NCBI RefSeq assembly: GCF_041956535.1
Contig: NW_027192208.1
Span: 568,492 to 632,491 of the forward strand
Source of the DNA: Calcarisporiella thermophila CBS 279.70
Taxonomy: Eukaryota; Fungi; Calcarisporiellomycota
Length of the DNA: 64,000 nucleotides
Reading direction: 5' to 3'
Position 1 is the stretch's first letter; every line of letters begins with the position of its first letter. A program made the translations under genes and the position numbers. The notes below the pieces were generated by a model, which saw only the letters and a list, made by a program, of their open reading frames with translations, did no database searches and was not told the origin of the DNA. This document shows positions 1-13,853 of the stretch, one piece after another.

Positions 1-2376
1 TCGCTTCTGATGAGGTGTCTCGTTGTCGTGGGTGCAATCCATGAAAAGTGCATGCGGAGTCGAGCCGGAAAGTGGGATTTTGACGCAAGGTTCGACCGCC
101 CCGGTCCTGGGATGGACGCACTCGGAATACTCGGTCAAACAGTCCATGTCCATCGATCCGACAGGTTTCCCGCCATGACGATGTAAAAGCCGGCTAAGCT
201 CTCGTGGATCCCAGGCCTGCATCGCCTCGCGTATCAATGAGGTAATGCCCAATCGCGAAACAAATTTCACGTCCATGGTTTCGGAGCCCGTGAACAACTC
301 TGCTACCACGTACAGATCCTTTCGCACTCGCCGTGCCGCATCTAAAAAGTACTCGGCGACATGAATAGGGGTCGAGTGGCAATTGTCTATACGGAAGCCA
401 TGGAAGAGCGAGGCGACTTTTTCAGTGTAGAGTCGCATATGCTCCCACAGCCAAGGGTTATCGTCCGGCGAACGGCCGTATCGTAGTTTGACGCAGTCGC
501 CCCACACGATGACCTCTCTTCGCAGATACGCCTGTGACTCGTTCGATGCAAAATCTTGAAGTGGGTTCGCATTCCAAATCCATCCGTTATTAGCTAACAT
601 AAGCTCTCCCTCCTGACGAGACCGCGTCCGCTCGTCATCCTTCGGTAACCGCGTAAAATAGGTTTCAATCAACGGTGCCTCTCGTGTGATCTCCCCGAGA
701 TTAGGCCCATCTTTAGCAAGGCGAGTATAGGCGGCACGATTGGCAACGTTCTCTATAATAGCTTTGGTGTCATCGTCATACTGTATGTAGAGCGGCAAAT
801 TCACTTCATTGAGTAATGCATGATAGCGCTTGCAAACACGATCAACCTCCGCATCCTCTCTCTCAAGAGCCTTCATGAACGCCAATGCCTTGTGTACGTT
901 GATTTTTATCCCGAACCGTTTCCCTAATCGTCGCTCTTCTGTAGCATCCTGCGCCAATCGATCTGCTAATTGCTTCAGTGTCATATTTTGCAATTCCTCC
1001 CTCGAATATACCTCCGAGTCATACTCTTCCCCTCGCTCGATCGCTCCCCGCAACTCAGCCACAGCGGACTCGACATCAACAACATAATACTCCCACAATC
1101 GGATTTTTTTGATAACTTCGTCCTTGGCGGCATCCATCACCTTGTCAAGGTCAGCACGTGTAGTGAGAACAGTAGGAAGACCTAGTTCTTTCAGGCGTGC
1201 GGAGAAGTCCAGAAAAGCGGTATCTAGCTCGTATGCAGGCGCTAAATGCGGCGAATTGATCAAATTGTAGCCTATATTAGCAAATAGTTTGAGTATTAGA
1301 GTGTATTGAAAAGCCAATGCGTTAGGCGCATATACCAGCTTCTGGGTGTTCCAATAGCCATTCAGAATTATGTGCCGTATGATTCCAAACCACATCAGAC
1401 AGGCAGTTTAATCCAAATTCATTCCTAACTCTTTCCAACGTTCGTCTCATAATCTCGAATCTTTCCTCCTTCGTCTTCCATGCGCCCGGCTCTTCGTCGG
1501 CATACAAATCATGTGAAAAGTCAAGCTGATCTGCAATTGAATATGGGGAATCCGAAGCCCCGCGCACTTGAAGCGGTACGAAATGGACCCAATTGTATCC
1601 AGCAGCCTGGAGCGCGCGTAGGTGAGGGGCCCACTGAGGGAAGGGACCAAGCCACTTGGCTATAACCGAGGCAATAACTATCCCGTCCAGAGGGAGAGGT
1701 TGCCACTCATCCATTCCCCCGCTCTTTGGAGTGATGTTAGAACTCAAGCTGGAGAACGATGGAGAAGGCCTTGCGCGGAGCCGAGGCTCGACCATAAAAT
1801 GCCCAGAATCGGAGCGTTCGATTTTATGTGGTTCTGTCCAGTTTTGATATTCAATAAAATATTCATACGCCCCAGACTCTTCTATTACTAGATCGCAATA
1901 GCCGTCCATGGAGGGATCATCTTTGAATCTGCCAGGCAAATTGGATTTCTTTTAGGTTTTTTTTTTTTTTGCTTCCATATTTCTCATCTTTAGGTACTTA
2001 CTCTAACTTGTGGAACTTCTTTCGATCGAACTCGCCACTAATTAAATGAAAATGTATACACATTAATAACATGGCATAGGCAGGGAAATTGCATGTATTC
2101 AGACTTACCCCTCTACTGGATAGTTTGTAACCAGCCTTCCTCCACGCGATGCCAACGAGCCCACCACGATTTTGAAGCGCAGGATGTAAGCTTGTTCCGG
2201 CGGGCCTAGCCGAACATACTTTTCGAGTGGGAAAAAGAGAAACAAAGCGCGTCACATTAGCGGGAGCCTCGCTAGGGATTCTGGCAAATAATGCTCACCT
2301 TTTTGGCATCCTCGGGCGACCCATCGTCGCCGAGCTCTAAAGTATAGACGACAAGCTTGTCTTGTAATAGTGTCAT
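1..2376 (-). CDS. GDB1: Glycogen debranching enzyme (amylo-1,6-glucosidase/4-alpha-glucanotransferase), 5' part; runs off the window start; multi-exon
   Basis: ATG at 2376 (MTLLQDKLVVYTLELGDDGSP). Motifs KWLGPFPQW, GYNWVHFVPLQVRGASDSPYSIADQL and DVVWNHTAHNSEWLLEHPEAG, then GYNLINSPHL after an intron. LKYGTAECERICTW-region bases read in frame as YFLDAARRVRKDLYVVAELFTGS near 290-350. Confidence 0.95.
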
Positions 2377-2999
2377 TAACGATGTGGTTTATTACGAGGA
2401 GGGATAGAAGTAGAGAGAATGTTATATAAAAGACCAGGAAATGGCCTACGCCTTTCTTCTTTTAGCTCCTCGTTCCTAATTTGGTTGACAATTCAAAACT
2501 CCGAGGAAAAGAATGATTTTCGAGATCTGGATAAAGATAGGGGAAATAGGTTCAATCGAGGTCACCATCGAGCTTATCGGCCCATCGAATTGGGTAATGA
2601 GAGCGCCATGCGTCAACCTCTTCCTAAGAATATTGTGTTGGTGGGAAGAAAGAGAGTGAAATTGGCAAGTCCTCCTTTAGTCAGCTACTCAATGAGTCAA
2701 TCAACAATTTACTCAGCCATTTCTGCAGATCAAATTTGTTGGATCAAGGAGTAAAAAAAATTTTTAGAGGAAAATTAGGTGGTAAAGGAATAATCCAAAG
2801 AGCATCTAATCTACTGATAATTTATGGGGAGAAAGTAGGAAAATACCAGGAAAAAAAAATAGAGCGAATTCTCAATGAAATGTAATTTTGTTTAGTTCAA
2901 TAGAACAAAATCATATATATCAACCAGAGACCGGGGATAATATAACAGGGATGAAAAGGGCTCGATATACACACTATTAAATATCTCAAATGGATTCCG

Positions 3000-5900
3000 T
3001 TACACCTTCTGCGTCACAAAGCTGGCTCCAACTTGCAGGAGAACATCCTTAAGGGCTAGCCTCACACTCTTGTCAAGGTCAAGTGTAAGTAGCCCGACCA
3101 ACAGGGGATACAGGTTCGGGAGATTCTTCTTGAACTGAGAATAAAAGAGAATGAAATGTCATTGGAGATTCCGTAGAGATAACGCAACAATCTAAACCAC
3201 TTACATCCTTCTCCCCGAACTTGGTTAATGACTGTAGGATCGAGAGAATGACTGGCGTCCAAGCAACAATGTTACGCGATTTCATCTCTGGGTCAAATGC
3301 TTGGAATTCGCTCAGGATATGCTGGCATAATCTGTCGAAAGAAACCATAAGTTTCACAACGAAACCCATGGCATCACAGCTAAATGAATACTTACGGCAT
3401 CAGGTTTGCCTCCACTAACTCTTTCTTTTCCGATCGCCCCGGCGTCGAACTCGTGTAGATATTAAGCATCAGGTTCACATAGCATGAGGCACTCAGGGTT
3501 TCTTGTTTAAGCAGGTTCGGTAGTGATTTCATGAAGCCTGTCGAAAATTTAGTCGATAAAAAGAAAAGAGTCAGGATGGAGTAGATGTTACAAAAGACTA
3601 CATCTCGACATTCACCAAGCTTCCACAAGTTGGTCCGCAAGTTAACATTCTCGTTGAAGCTACGCGCAAATAAGTAAGACTGACGCACCGATTCTGCAAG
3701 TTCGAGCAAACGATCAACGGGAGCCGCCTCAACCACAGTTGGATTGTTGAGTAGATCATAGAGCGTCTGCACCAGCAACAGTTGCAGTACGCATTTGACT
3801 ACGATCTGCTGGAACACACGGCGACGGCCATCGCTCGCTTGGTCATTTGCGGTCGGCGAGAAAGAGGTAAGCGTGGTGTGATTGGATGCCGTAGGGCTGT
3901 GCAGAGAAGGAGCTTCCGCAGATGCTTGCTCGTCTGCTCCTATGTTCCGAGAGAACTTGAGAACGGTCAAATCTCGACACAATCCGAAACAAACTTACCT
4001 TCAGGGGTAGCTTCAGCCTTGGGAATTGTACTCGATTGAACAGCCCCTTCTATCCGGGACGACTTCTCGACATCAAACAGCTCGTGTGGAGCGGTAGAAT
4101 CGAGTAAATATCCAAAGGTAGTGCATATCTGCTGCCACGCGTCATCGTCTAACTTCTCTACATTCGACTCAACTAGCTGTTGCAAACATGTGCATCCGAT
4201 TCTGGACAATGTGTCATTGTCTAATACGAAAAAAAGAAAAAGCAATGAAGTTTCTTCCTGCCAAAAACCATCTCCTCAGAGAACCCTTTTACCTTGCAGA
4301 ATGCAAGCTGACAAAAGATCCAACACTTGCTCCGTCATCATCTCCAGGCGACTATAATAATAGGTGTACAGGTCGATAAGATTTCGCAGCGCTTGAATCA
4401 GCGTGGTGGATAGCCACACGCTCATGTCCTCGTGGCTCGAAAACCGCCCCACTCCTCCCGACCTGATATCATCAAAAATCGGGAACACTGCTTGGCGACA
4501 GATAATGTCCCAAAAATCGCGCGAATAAGTATAACCATACTCCTTGAGGGTATCGAAGAGGTAGGTGAGCGCTCTACCGTACAAATATTTTAATAAGTTA
4601 AAAACTGATCCATTTGGAAGGACGTGATACCAAGCGCAGATACCTTGTTCTCACTTCGAGATCCTCGGCATTCATGATAACTTCCTTGAAACCGAATAGG
4701 ATCGGGAACCAAAACTTAACCTTGGGAGGGTCGTTCTTTGAATTGTCGGCATCCGGGGGTGTCAGAAGAGCATTAAGCTGGGACTCGGAGAGGTCGCTCA
4801 AACGTGTGATCATTTGCCGGATCATTTCAATTGAGTGAAGACTTCAAGATAGAAAAATTCAACCCATTGTGCCCATAACAGATTTAATGGCCTATGATTT
4901 GCATACCTGATCTTTTGAAACCTCTTGTTTTTTCCGAACTCGCTCAAGCAACGAATAAAGTCATCGTACACTCCAGTGCTGATTACTTCCTGGAACCGGT
5001 CCTTGAACAGACCCTTCACAATGTCAAAAGACATGGAGACAATTGTTTCTAATTCAATAGGAAAAAAGAAATTAGGTATTTCGATCATCTCTCCCGCTAA
5101 GAGGTATAGGCAGGCTTACCGGTGGGCTCTCTTGCAGCTTTTGCAAACACGCTGACCATGGTTTGCCACCCAGATTTTAGCCGATAACCACGGCTTTGAA
5201 TCATTTGCTGCAGACACCGTAGAATCTAAAGCGGAATACCGAATTATACTTGGCAATTCCTCGCGATGTATCCATTAAACTTCACATACCATATCCTTGA
5301 TGCTTGTATCAGGATTGTTCACCATAATGTACTCGAATGGTTTCAAGAAATCCTTCTGGAATTTGAAATGGGTCAGCTCCTCTTTTTCTAAGAACTTGAT
5401 CGACAGCTGCCGGAGGGAGTCCAGTGCGAAGAAGGCAATGTTAAAGTTTGAAGAACATCCAACCTAAGGACAGTGAAGTGAAAAACAAAAAATCCAATGA
5501 GTTACTCTTTCAAAGGAGATAAAATAGTGCCGAAAATAACCTGGTTAAAATGTTCTCCCAAAATTGCCCAAATGTTTGACCATTCCATCCGAATACGATT
5601 CATGTTATAATAGGAAATCTCGACTAATTTCTGAAGACTGAACATACGAGGATGTTCTGCCATGGCAGAAGATTGAATTTCTTCCCATGACACGGCACTC
5701 AGTGATCTAACAAAATCAACAATTGCCTCCTACACAAATGGGTACAGACATTTTCAAAATTCCCACTCATGGAAGCAATCAACCAATTATAAACGTTACC
5801 CCCGATAACTGCGTAGTGGACGTAAATATCCGGTCTACAGTCATTACCAACTGCAGCGATTTGCTTTCTACGACGACCTCCTCGTCGAATGCAATCTAAA

Positions 5901-8900
5901 TTCAAAAAATATATCTCAGAAGATTAGAGAGAGGGAGAAAACAGTCTCGTGGTGCCTACCGTCGATCCATGCTTTCCAGAGACCTTTCTTGTCGCTTGAA
6001 TCGATTTCCTCCCCGAGGCCGCCTCAAACGAAGAAGATTTTCTGTCAGCAGAGAAAGGAAGAAAACTTTAGAGCCAAATGAGCAAGGGGCATTCTATGGA
6101 GATACATACGTGGGTACCCGTCTGGCGTTCAGCAAGTCCGGCACCGAGTCCTGATCTACCCCATTGCTGATCAATTGGAACCGCTCTAACTGGCTCACGC
6201 AAGTCAGCACTTCTCGCCATGAACCTTTGAGATAGTTGCTCTCTGTGAGCGCAATATCGAGCAGGGTCTTAATTGCCTCCACATTCTTGGTCTTCATTTC
6301 GCCCAAGTTGTTGAGGAACGTGAATTTAGCAAGCGTGGTGACAAATGCGTTTCGCTCTAGCTCCATATCAAACAAGCAGATGACCCGGATGGCGTGACGG
6401 AACCCCTCAAGACACAGCCCAATCACCTCCATATCCTCGGATTCCTGGAGTGGGCCGGACAAACCAGCCAGAAAGGCCATCCACGCCACCTCGAACATAG
6501 GTCGTACGTGCTCCGCGTGGGAGGCACTGTAGAAAGTGACTGCGGATGTGTTCGAGCGTTGGCCTCCTTTTCGAGATCTTGATCGAAGCATGCTCTTGAA
6601 TAGCGCCTGGAAGAAGAGGAGGAGAATCAATATGGTTACGAATTGAGAATCTTAGAGAACCATAATCATATTTTACCTCGGTTTTGGAAGCCATTTCTTC
6701 GGAAGCGATCTGTAACGCCTCTCTCCTCGCATCACGACCCAATAGAGCCACGTTAAAATTGGATGTGCCGGAGGGTATCATGTCCTGCTCGTCCTTCATC
6801 TTGATCTCGTTCTCATTGATTTCATCATAGATACCGCTGAGAAACTCCTCGGGCAAGTCAGCGTTATCGTTGATTCCTCGGTTATTCTTAATAAACTCCG
6901 CCTTGGTCATGCGCCGCTTAATCTGAGGGCTATGTAAATCTGTATTGAGCATAATTACTGAATACGCAAGCACGTATGCGGTATCTAAGGTATCAGAGGA
7001 TCCATGATTGTGTTAATAAAATGTAATGGTAAACCACCCCACATACATGGCGACTAGGTCTACTTACCGGCATTGGCGAATGCATCCGGGTTCCCATCCA
7101 CGTATCGCTCAGCAAACTTGAGCATAAACCGATCGATCTTCTGTGCTTCACCAGGTAGCCGGAACGCCTGTAGAAAATGCCGCAATGCCGCGGTGAACTT
7201 CATATTTATGAAATTCATTTGGTCGACAAAAGCGTGCATGATCGCAATATTTTTCGGCTCTCTACAAAAAATCAAATTATACATTTTAAAAAATTCAAAA
7301 TTCATTACAAAATCTCGTGCAGGTAATATACCCTTCGCCCAAATACTCGCCAATCATCGCCTTGTTTAGCCCCTCGGTATAGAGCAAGAATTTTGCGATA
7401 TCCTTGGGGGAGTCGCTCTGAATAAGCCCGACCTCAAGCAGCTGTTCAATTCCTTTCTTGGGCTTCCAGTTGAAACGCTTAATGCTCTCCCGTAAGAGCT
7501 GCTTTCGATGCTTCAGATTGCCGAACTGCTCTGGGTCGTCCACCGCCACCGAAGTGCTGGAAGAGTTGGGCGAAGGGCGCAAATTAGGGGCTGAGCTGTT
7601 GGATGAATAATTATTCGAGTTCGTCGATGAAGACACTTCTGGCGGCTGTGCCACGCCACCATTCAATATCTCCTCGCTATTGCGTGCCTCGGCCTCCATG
7701 CAAGCATTAGCACCTGCAGCGGACTCCTCGCCAATCTTGTTGCACCATAAGACAAGCGAGCGAAGCACGGCAACTAGGGACTCTAGGGAGCGGTGTTTGA
7801 GCACAAGTTCGTTAGGCTCGGCACCAGATGTGTTTGCCGCATTCATACTTGTCGTGGACAAGGTTGGGGGCATATGGAAGTGAGCTTGGTTGGAGCTGGA
7901 GAAAATGGATAGATTGGTGGAGGATCCGGAGGCAGAGCCACCAGGAAGGCTCACAGATGCATCCCTTTCCTTCTCCTTTTCTCTCTCTCGCTCTCTCTCC
8001 CTTTCCCGCTCCTTCTCCTTTTCCTTCTCAGTGAGCACGATGTGAGTCGTGGTTATCTTGGACATCGCATTGACCAAACTTTTGATATACAAACGGGCAT
8101 CACTTCATGTCCCAAGGGAGCGAAAAATACAGACTTAAAATATACGTACCGCTCATAAATATTGTCCAGCGATTCCTCGCAATCATAATTCAGGTAGAGC
8201 TCGACCAAGGTCTGGGGATCTTCGCAGATTTTCAAAATGGCTTTGAGAAGGGAATGCCGCTGTTGCTGAGAAGAGGCTGTTCGGGACTCCAGAATCGGGA
8301 GAAAGATCTCATTGAAGAAGACGGCAATTTCTTTCTAATAGTGGAGGAGAAAAAAACAGTAGGGCGACGATAAGTACACCGAATAGAAGCCTAAATGAAT
8401 GTTTGGACGAGAGACCTTCAAGAATTTCCTAAGCTCCTGGATAACCAGTGAAAAGATCTCCAAAGAAGTTTCGAAAACCTGAGGCACCAAGGAAACAGCA
8501 TTCCTGCTCAAGCTGAGGCACAAATATTGCTTCACAGCCTCGATGAAGGGAGTGCCCCTACTGCTCTCGCTCGAAGACGTGATTATGACCGAGGTAGAGG
8601 AAAAGAGGTGCATATATGATGAGAGGATGGTGTGGATGAGGTGGAGAGAAAGAAGCTTCGAGCGCATCGAGTAGGATTTCAGGTCGGTTTCGCTTGATAA
8701 AATTACAAAACAAGAATGAATAGTTTAGTGGAAACGCCTCAGCAACAACCACAATGCTATATATCACCTGTCGCCGTAGAGGTTTTTCATCGAAAGCTTG
8801 CACAGAGAGCGGAATACGAGAAAGGCGTCTTTGGCAAAAAGGGTTTTGGGTGACTCTCGCGGAGAGTCGGTTCGTTCTGTAGAAACCAAGTCTAGTGATT

Positions 8901-10602
8901 TGCGTTCCTCGAATGTTTTTCTAAGAAGTAGTAATTGAAAATGTCATAAGTCGAATACCCTTTCAACTCAGGAAAAATAAGAAGAGCTTATTTACAGTGA
9001 GATTTTGTTGTCCTCTAGCTCCTGCTTGGCCACCTCAGAAATCACTTCATCGCTGGTTGCCTCTATGGAACTTTTTTCTACTATGATGCTAGAATTTTCC
9101 GGCGAAACTTCCCCTTGATCGGCATTCGAGACTTCTTCGACTTTCATATCCTGGTCTATCGCCTCCTTGGGAGGAATGGACTCCGGGCCTTTATCATCCT
9201 GCTTTGCTTCATCTTTCTCCTCCGGCGCCTGTGAGCTCTGCGGGTCGGTTTCGGCAATTTCTACAGCCGAGGTAGTCTCTGAAGTCTCGGCAGCAATTTC
9301 TGTAGCTACTACTTGAAGTTCTTGAGAAGGTATTTCGATTGTTTTGCCATTAGTGCCGTTCTCAGCTCCATTAGTGGCCTCTACATTGTCGTCCTTATCG
9401 ATAGCTTCTTCCACAGCTTCTACAGATGATTCAGTAAGCGCTTGGTTGTGCCCATTAAGGGGCTCCTCGATGATAGTGTTAATGCTTGGAGACACCTCCA
9501 AATTATTTTCTTCGGGCTCTTTCATATCGGCTTGCTCATTGGTATCCTGCTCCACACTGTTTGCAGGAGTCTCTACTGCATCTTTTTTTTCCTCAGCTTT
9601 TAATTCTCTATCCTCTGGAGTTTGGCTTTTGAGCGACTGCTTCTCTGAATCTTCCGCTTGGGAAGGCAAGTCCTGTGTGGACGCAGAAGACCCTGGCTGT
9701 GGAACAGGTACACGTCCAAATACCTGGTGTACCATCTGTGTTAATGTGCCCTGAGCCACGACTTGATTTGCTGAGTTGCGTGAGAGAAGGAAAATGTTAT
9801 AGGTGGTGCGCACTGCCTTTAATAATGCAGATTGATGAACGGTGACGATGGTCGAAGAGACCGCCGCCGACAATGCCTATTAGAATGAGGGGGAAATGAA
9901 AAAGGTTAAATAAAGCCAACTAGGAAAAGAACCATTCTAAATATTTACCTTGATAATCTGGAGCTGCACCTTCTCGTCCGTATTTTCCCCTACGAAACAA
10001 TCACATACGACATCAACCGCATGATCTAATAAGGGCCTTGTTATTTTTTTGGTCGCTGATATATCCCCCTTTTTTGCCTCATCCGATTGCTTTGAGCCAT
10101 TCGCAGCCCCTGCGGAATTTGCTGGCACCTCCTCTACTTCGTCATCCCCAATAATGTATCCATATGATATCAGCTTTCCAATGCAATCTACTGCAATGTT
10201 CATGAGCGCTTCGGAGCGGGTCTCACATGCAAGTCGCAGTGGACGGAAGATAATTCGCGCTCTGTTTTTTTTTAGAATGCCAAGCGATTAATACTGAGAA
10301 TTTGTGTCATTTATAAATCTTCATGTGCAATCACCTCTCTGGACTATCGTCCTGCGATTTTATGTGTTCTGAATTAAATACAATGGTTAGCCACCATCAT
10401 CTAGTTGGATGCAAAAACCTAGCTTACCTAGTGCATTCCCAACAGCCTCTTTCAAGGCTTTATTCCGTTTTGCCTCTTTGCTAGCAGCGATCTGCTCCAG
10501 GGCATTCGTAATGAATACGCGGCCCGATACGACCGAGCCTGGTGTGGGTGGATAGGCCTGCTCAGGGAGCCTAGAAGTGGTAATTCGAGGTGGTTGGGCC
10601 AT
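3000..10602 (-). CDS. SEC7: Large ARF guanine-nucleotide exchange factor, Sec7/BIG1-2 family; many exons
   Basis: Sec7 domain motifs [21 protein letters not shown] and [27 protein letters not shown] segments: [59 protein letters not shown]. Start taken at ATG 10602 (MAQPPR); stop TAA at 3000-3002. Confidence 0.96.
7965..8030 (-). repeat. Coding low-complexity (EK/ER)n tract inside SEC7
   Basis: [23 protein letters not shown]; pyrimidine-rich run on the + strand. Confidence 0.85.
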
Positions 10603-11054
10603 TGTGGACTGCGGTACTGCGTCCGACGTCAAGATTCAATTACAAGAGTGCGCGCGGATTCTTGTAATGAAATGTGCTAATGAAATGGCGATGCAGTAAG
10701 GACTAAAAGAGATCGAGTTATTTGGTATCTACTGCGAGCTGAAAAAATAGGTTTGTATTGCGGGCGCGTCCGCTTTAAAACAGGGTGACTAATTTAAACC
10801 GTCAATCTCCTCTGCTCCAGGCGATGAAAAAAGTCAAACTATCTGAGAGAGGGATAAGCGAACAATTGGCCTCCTAGATCTCTTCAATCTTACTTCTGGA
10901 TGACTTGATGAAATAGATAACATGTATATATATAGATTAGCTTGCACTCCTGGCCTCCTCCTCGATTTCTATCGAGTGGCTTTCTCCCTGTGACTTGACA
11001 CAGATGGAAATTTCTCAGAGTAGAACATCACTTCATCGCGAATTTTATTTTCAA

Positions 11055-12224
11055 TTACAACTTAGGAAAATCCCTTTTCAATATCTCGTCAAACCGGTCC
11101 GGATTCACGGCAAACGGACGCATGAAATCGGCCTCTAGAGCATGCAGTCTGCTTCCAACAATAACCAGTGAGTGTAGGGGACCCCCCAGATCCACATCGA
11201 GCAGCTCCTTTAGCGTCCCCACCGCAAACTGCTCTGTGTCGGTGCCGATGCGAGCGCAGCCAATCGCCAACGTGTCGGCCCCATAGACTAACGATTAATA
11301 GTGGAACATCAGCTTTTGACAAAAATGTACAAGTAGAAAAATTGGAGGGAAAAGACAGGGGGACAGAGGGAATAAGGGCTGGCCAAAACACATTTTTCCA
11401 AGATATTTACCATTCTCTCCTCTCTTCTCCTCAATTTCAAGCAGCTGCTCTGCCGCCTGGTTCACTGTCATATACCGTGGTGGCTCATATATTTTTCGGC
11501 CCCTGGCCATATTCTCCCAGCTCTGTTCTTTCACCTTGATGTCTTGAAGAAAATCAGCTGTTCATCCCTTTGAAACCACCATATACAAATCTACCCTACC
11601 TAATAAACAAAGCGTGTGCAATCCAATGGCCCTATTTTCTTTGATGCGATCATAGAAGCTGTCGGGCCTCCAATTTTCATGAAAGAACACGATGGAGATT
11701 GTCTGGCCAAAGTTGTAGAGTTGTAGTCCGCAAGATCCGATGGCGTTCATTATCGATGCGTTATGGATGGACCGAACAGGGATATTTAACTCCTTGGCAC
11801 GAAGAATGAGGTCCGTATGTGTTGTAGCACTAGACAAACCAAAAACGAAACGGAAAGCTAAGGGTGGTCCACTCTTCACTCTTTGGCCTCTCATCTTACC
11901 CGTATGGATCGCCAACCACCAAAAAACCCACGTCTATTTTGTCAGCATCCTTTAGAATGGCATCGCTCTCTTGCTCCACCATTTCTCGGTCGGCAATGAC
12001 GATCTCCTTTCCATAGTATGCCTCCTTTAATAAAAAAAAGACCCTTGAGTCCTATCAGTCCATTCCACAGTGGAAGCATCCATCTTTACCAGCTTCTCTT
12101 TCTCCACCATCAGGATGCTGGTGTAGGCTTCTAGATAAACACGCTCACATTTCCGAACTGCCTCCAGTCCCTTGACCGTGATGTCTCTTTCGTCTGAAAG
12201 CCCCAAGCCTATCACGTAAAGCAT
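11055..12224 (-). CDS. DPH5: Diphthine methyl ester synthase; multi-exon
   Basis: [38 protein letters not shown]; [11 protein letters not shown]; [25 protein letters not shown]; [18 protein letters not shown]; [11 protein letters not shown]. Confidence 0.97.
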
Positions 12225-12333
12225 TCTGCTCTAATGAAGTGAATGCAATAATAATAATTAAATTATCGATCCAAGGATATTTGAACTCCGAAAGGAAGTA
12301 AAAGTAAATATCTAAGCCGCAAGGGCTCAATGT

Positions 12334-12420
12334 TAGATTAGCGTTGTGAATAATTCACAACGCTAATCTACGTCAGCAAAAATAAAATACAATTTTTGTA
12401 TTTTATTTTTGTCGACGTAG
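12334..12420. repeat. Two abutting palindromes/hairpins at the left edge of the AT-rich island
   Basis: TAGATTAGCGTTGTGAAT-A-ATTCACAACGCTAATCTA (perfect 18-bp arms, 12334-12370), then CTACGTC-AG-CAAAAATAAAATACAA-TTT-TTGTATTTTATTTTTG-TC-GACGTAG (12368-12420). Confidence 0.9.
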
Positions 12421-12468
12421 CTGTAGGAAAAGGATATTAATGAAATTTTGTATTTATATATTTTAGTA

Positions 12469-12681
12469 TGGGTAATTTTATTTGTACCCGGATATAACTA
12501 TTAATTACCGCTAGGTCGGTTAATTACTGCTAAGTTGGTTAATTATTTTGTTTTATTTAACAGCAAGCACACTTTGGGTAATTCTATTTGTACTCGGGTA
12601 TAACTATTAATTACCGCTAAGTTAGTTAATTACTGCTAAGTTGGTTAATTACTTCGTTTTATTTAACAGCAAGCCACACTT
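12469..12681. repeat. Two-copy ~106-bp tandem direct repeat with internal ~19-bp subrepeats
   Basis: TGGGTAATT(T/C)TATTTGTAC...TTTAACAGCAAGC starts at 12469 and again at 12575; internal units TTAATTAC(C/T)GCTA(A/G)GT. Confidence 0.9.
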
Positions 12682-12773
12682 TTACTTTTGTTACTCACGC
12701 ATCAAATTAAAATTTTATTATTTTCAAGTTGAGCGTAAGCCTTTATAATTTTTATCTTTACTCCTTTGTAAAG

Positions 12774-13292
12774 ATGACTATCATCATTTCTGATCTCAAA
12801 TCCCGTATGTTCAAAGATCGAGACGAAATAACTAAATGGATGAACGATTATGCAGTTAGTATTGGGTTTGAATGGAGGGTAGAACGCTCAGATCGTTATA
12901 CTGGATTTCTCACTGCTCTATTGCATGTTCACGATCAGGCCAACACAGTTCGAATAGCGACATACCTATGAGAAATGTATCAACAGTGAAATGCAAATGT
13001 CCTTTCATATCGCGATTTCGATTTTCAAAAGCCGTAAATGCTTACCGCATTACCTCTGGTATTATCGAGCATAATCATCCTTTGGAGTCCGAGGATATTC
13101 GTTTTGCTCGCAGATTTCGTAGACTCGACCCTGAAACAGTTCAGTTTGCTCAGAATGTTATTCAATTGGATTCTGTGTTTCTCTCTCACAACTCGTCTTG
13201 TTCGTGGCCAGATTGAATCCATTCAGGCTAAAGATATCAATAATTCTTTAGCGACAAATGCCAGAGCGTATTGCAGTATGCAGTTGAAGTAA
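12774..13292 (+). mobile_element. Degenerate Mutator-like (MULE) transposase fragment with a FAR1/WRKY-GCM1-type DNA-binding domain; frameshifted and truncated before the DDE core
   Basis: Frames join as F..RDEITKWMNDYAVSIGFEWRVERS / CSRSG...VKCKCPF...IEHNHPL / IQAKDINN. This matches the FAR1-type Zn-binding pattern and the KD[IV]xN motif typical of MULE transposases. Confidence 0.75.
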
Positions 13293-13853
13293 TCAACCCT
13301 ATAAGAAGTCACCATAAGCAGTCTCAGCGGAAAATTTAAGGATTTTTTTAGTAAAAACGCCAGTAAACCTATTGGTTCAATAGGAATATTTACGTAGTGA
13401 ATAAGGAAGTCAGGAAAAGTGCCTAGTGGAAATTTATTTGTCTCGGCCCAAGCAATAAATTTTGAGCCGAAAAAAATATGTGAAAACAGAACTCGGCTGA
13501 AATTCTACAGCCAGGCCAAAAAGCCCTTAAAAATTTCCCGAGATTTCCGAGTAAGATTGATAGAGCAATTCAACTTTAATCAAATGTCAAATCACATAAT
13601 GTTGTAATAGAATAAAATTGATTTTTTATAAAAGATACTACAGCTCTACTCAAGAGAACCATCATTTTTCTTATAAAGAAAAATTTTGAGTTATTTCACT
13701 GTTCGTTTTCTATATCTTTGAAACAAAAACTTAGCCTAGTTTTTTCTTAATATATAATGAAATAGAAGATCAACTACCAAATTTACTAAAAGATAATAAA
13801 ATATGCAAGGTGACAAATCGTTTCAAATGAAAATATAATTTTACAATTCATTC

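Noticed and set aside
12469-12681. Possible CRISPR-like repeat array
   Set aside because: Eukaryotic context, no unique spacers and no cas genes; it is a simple two-copy tandem duplication.
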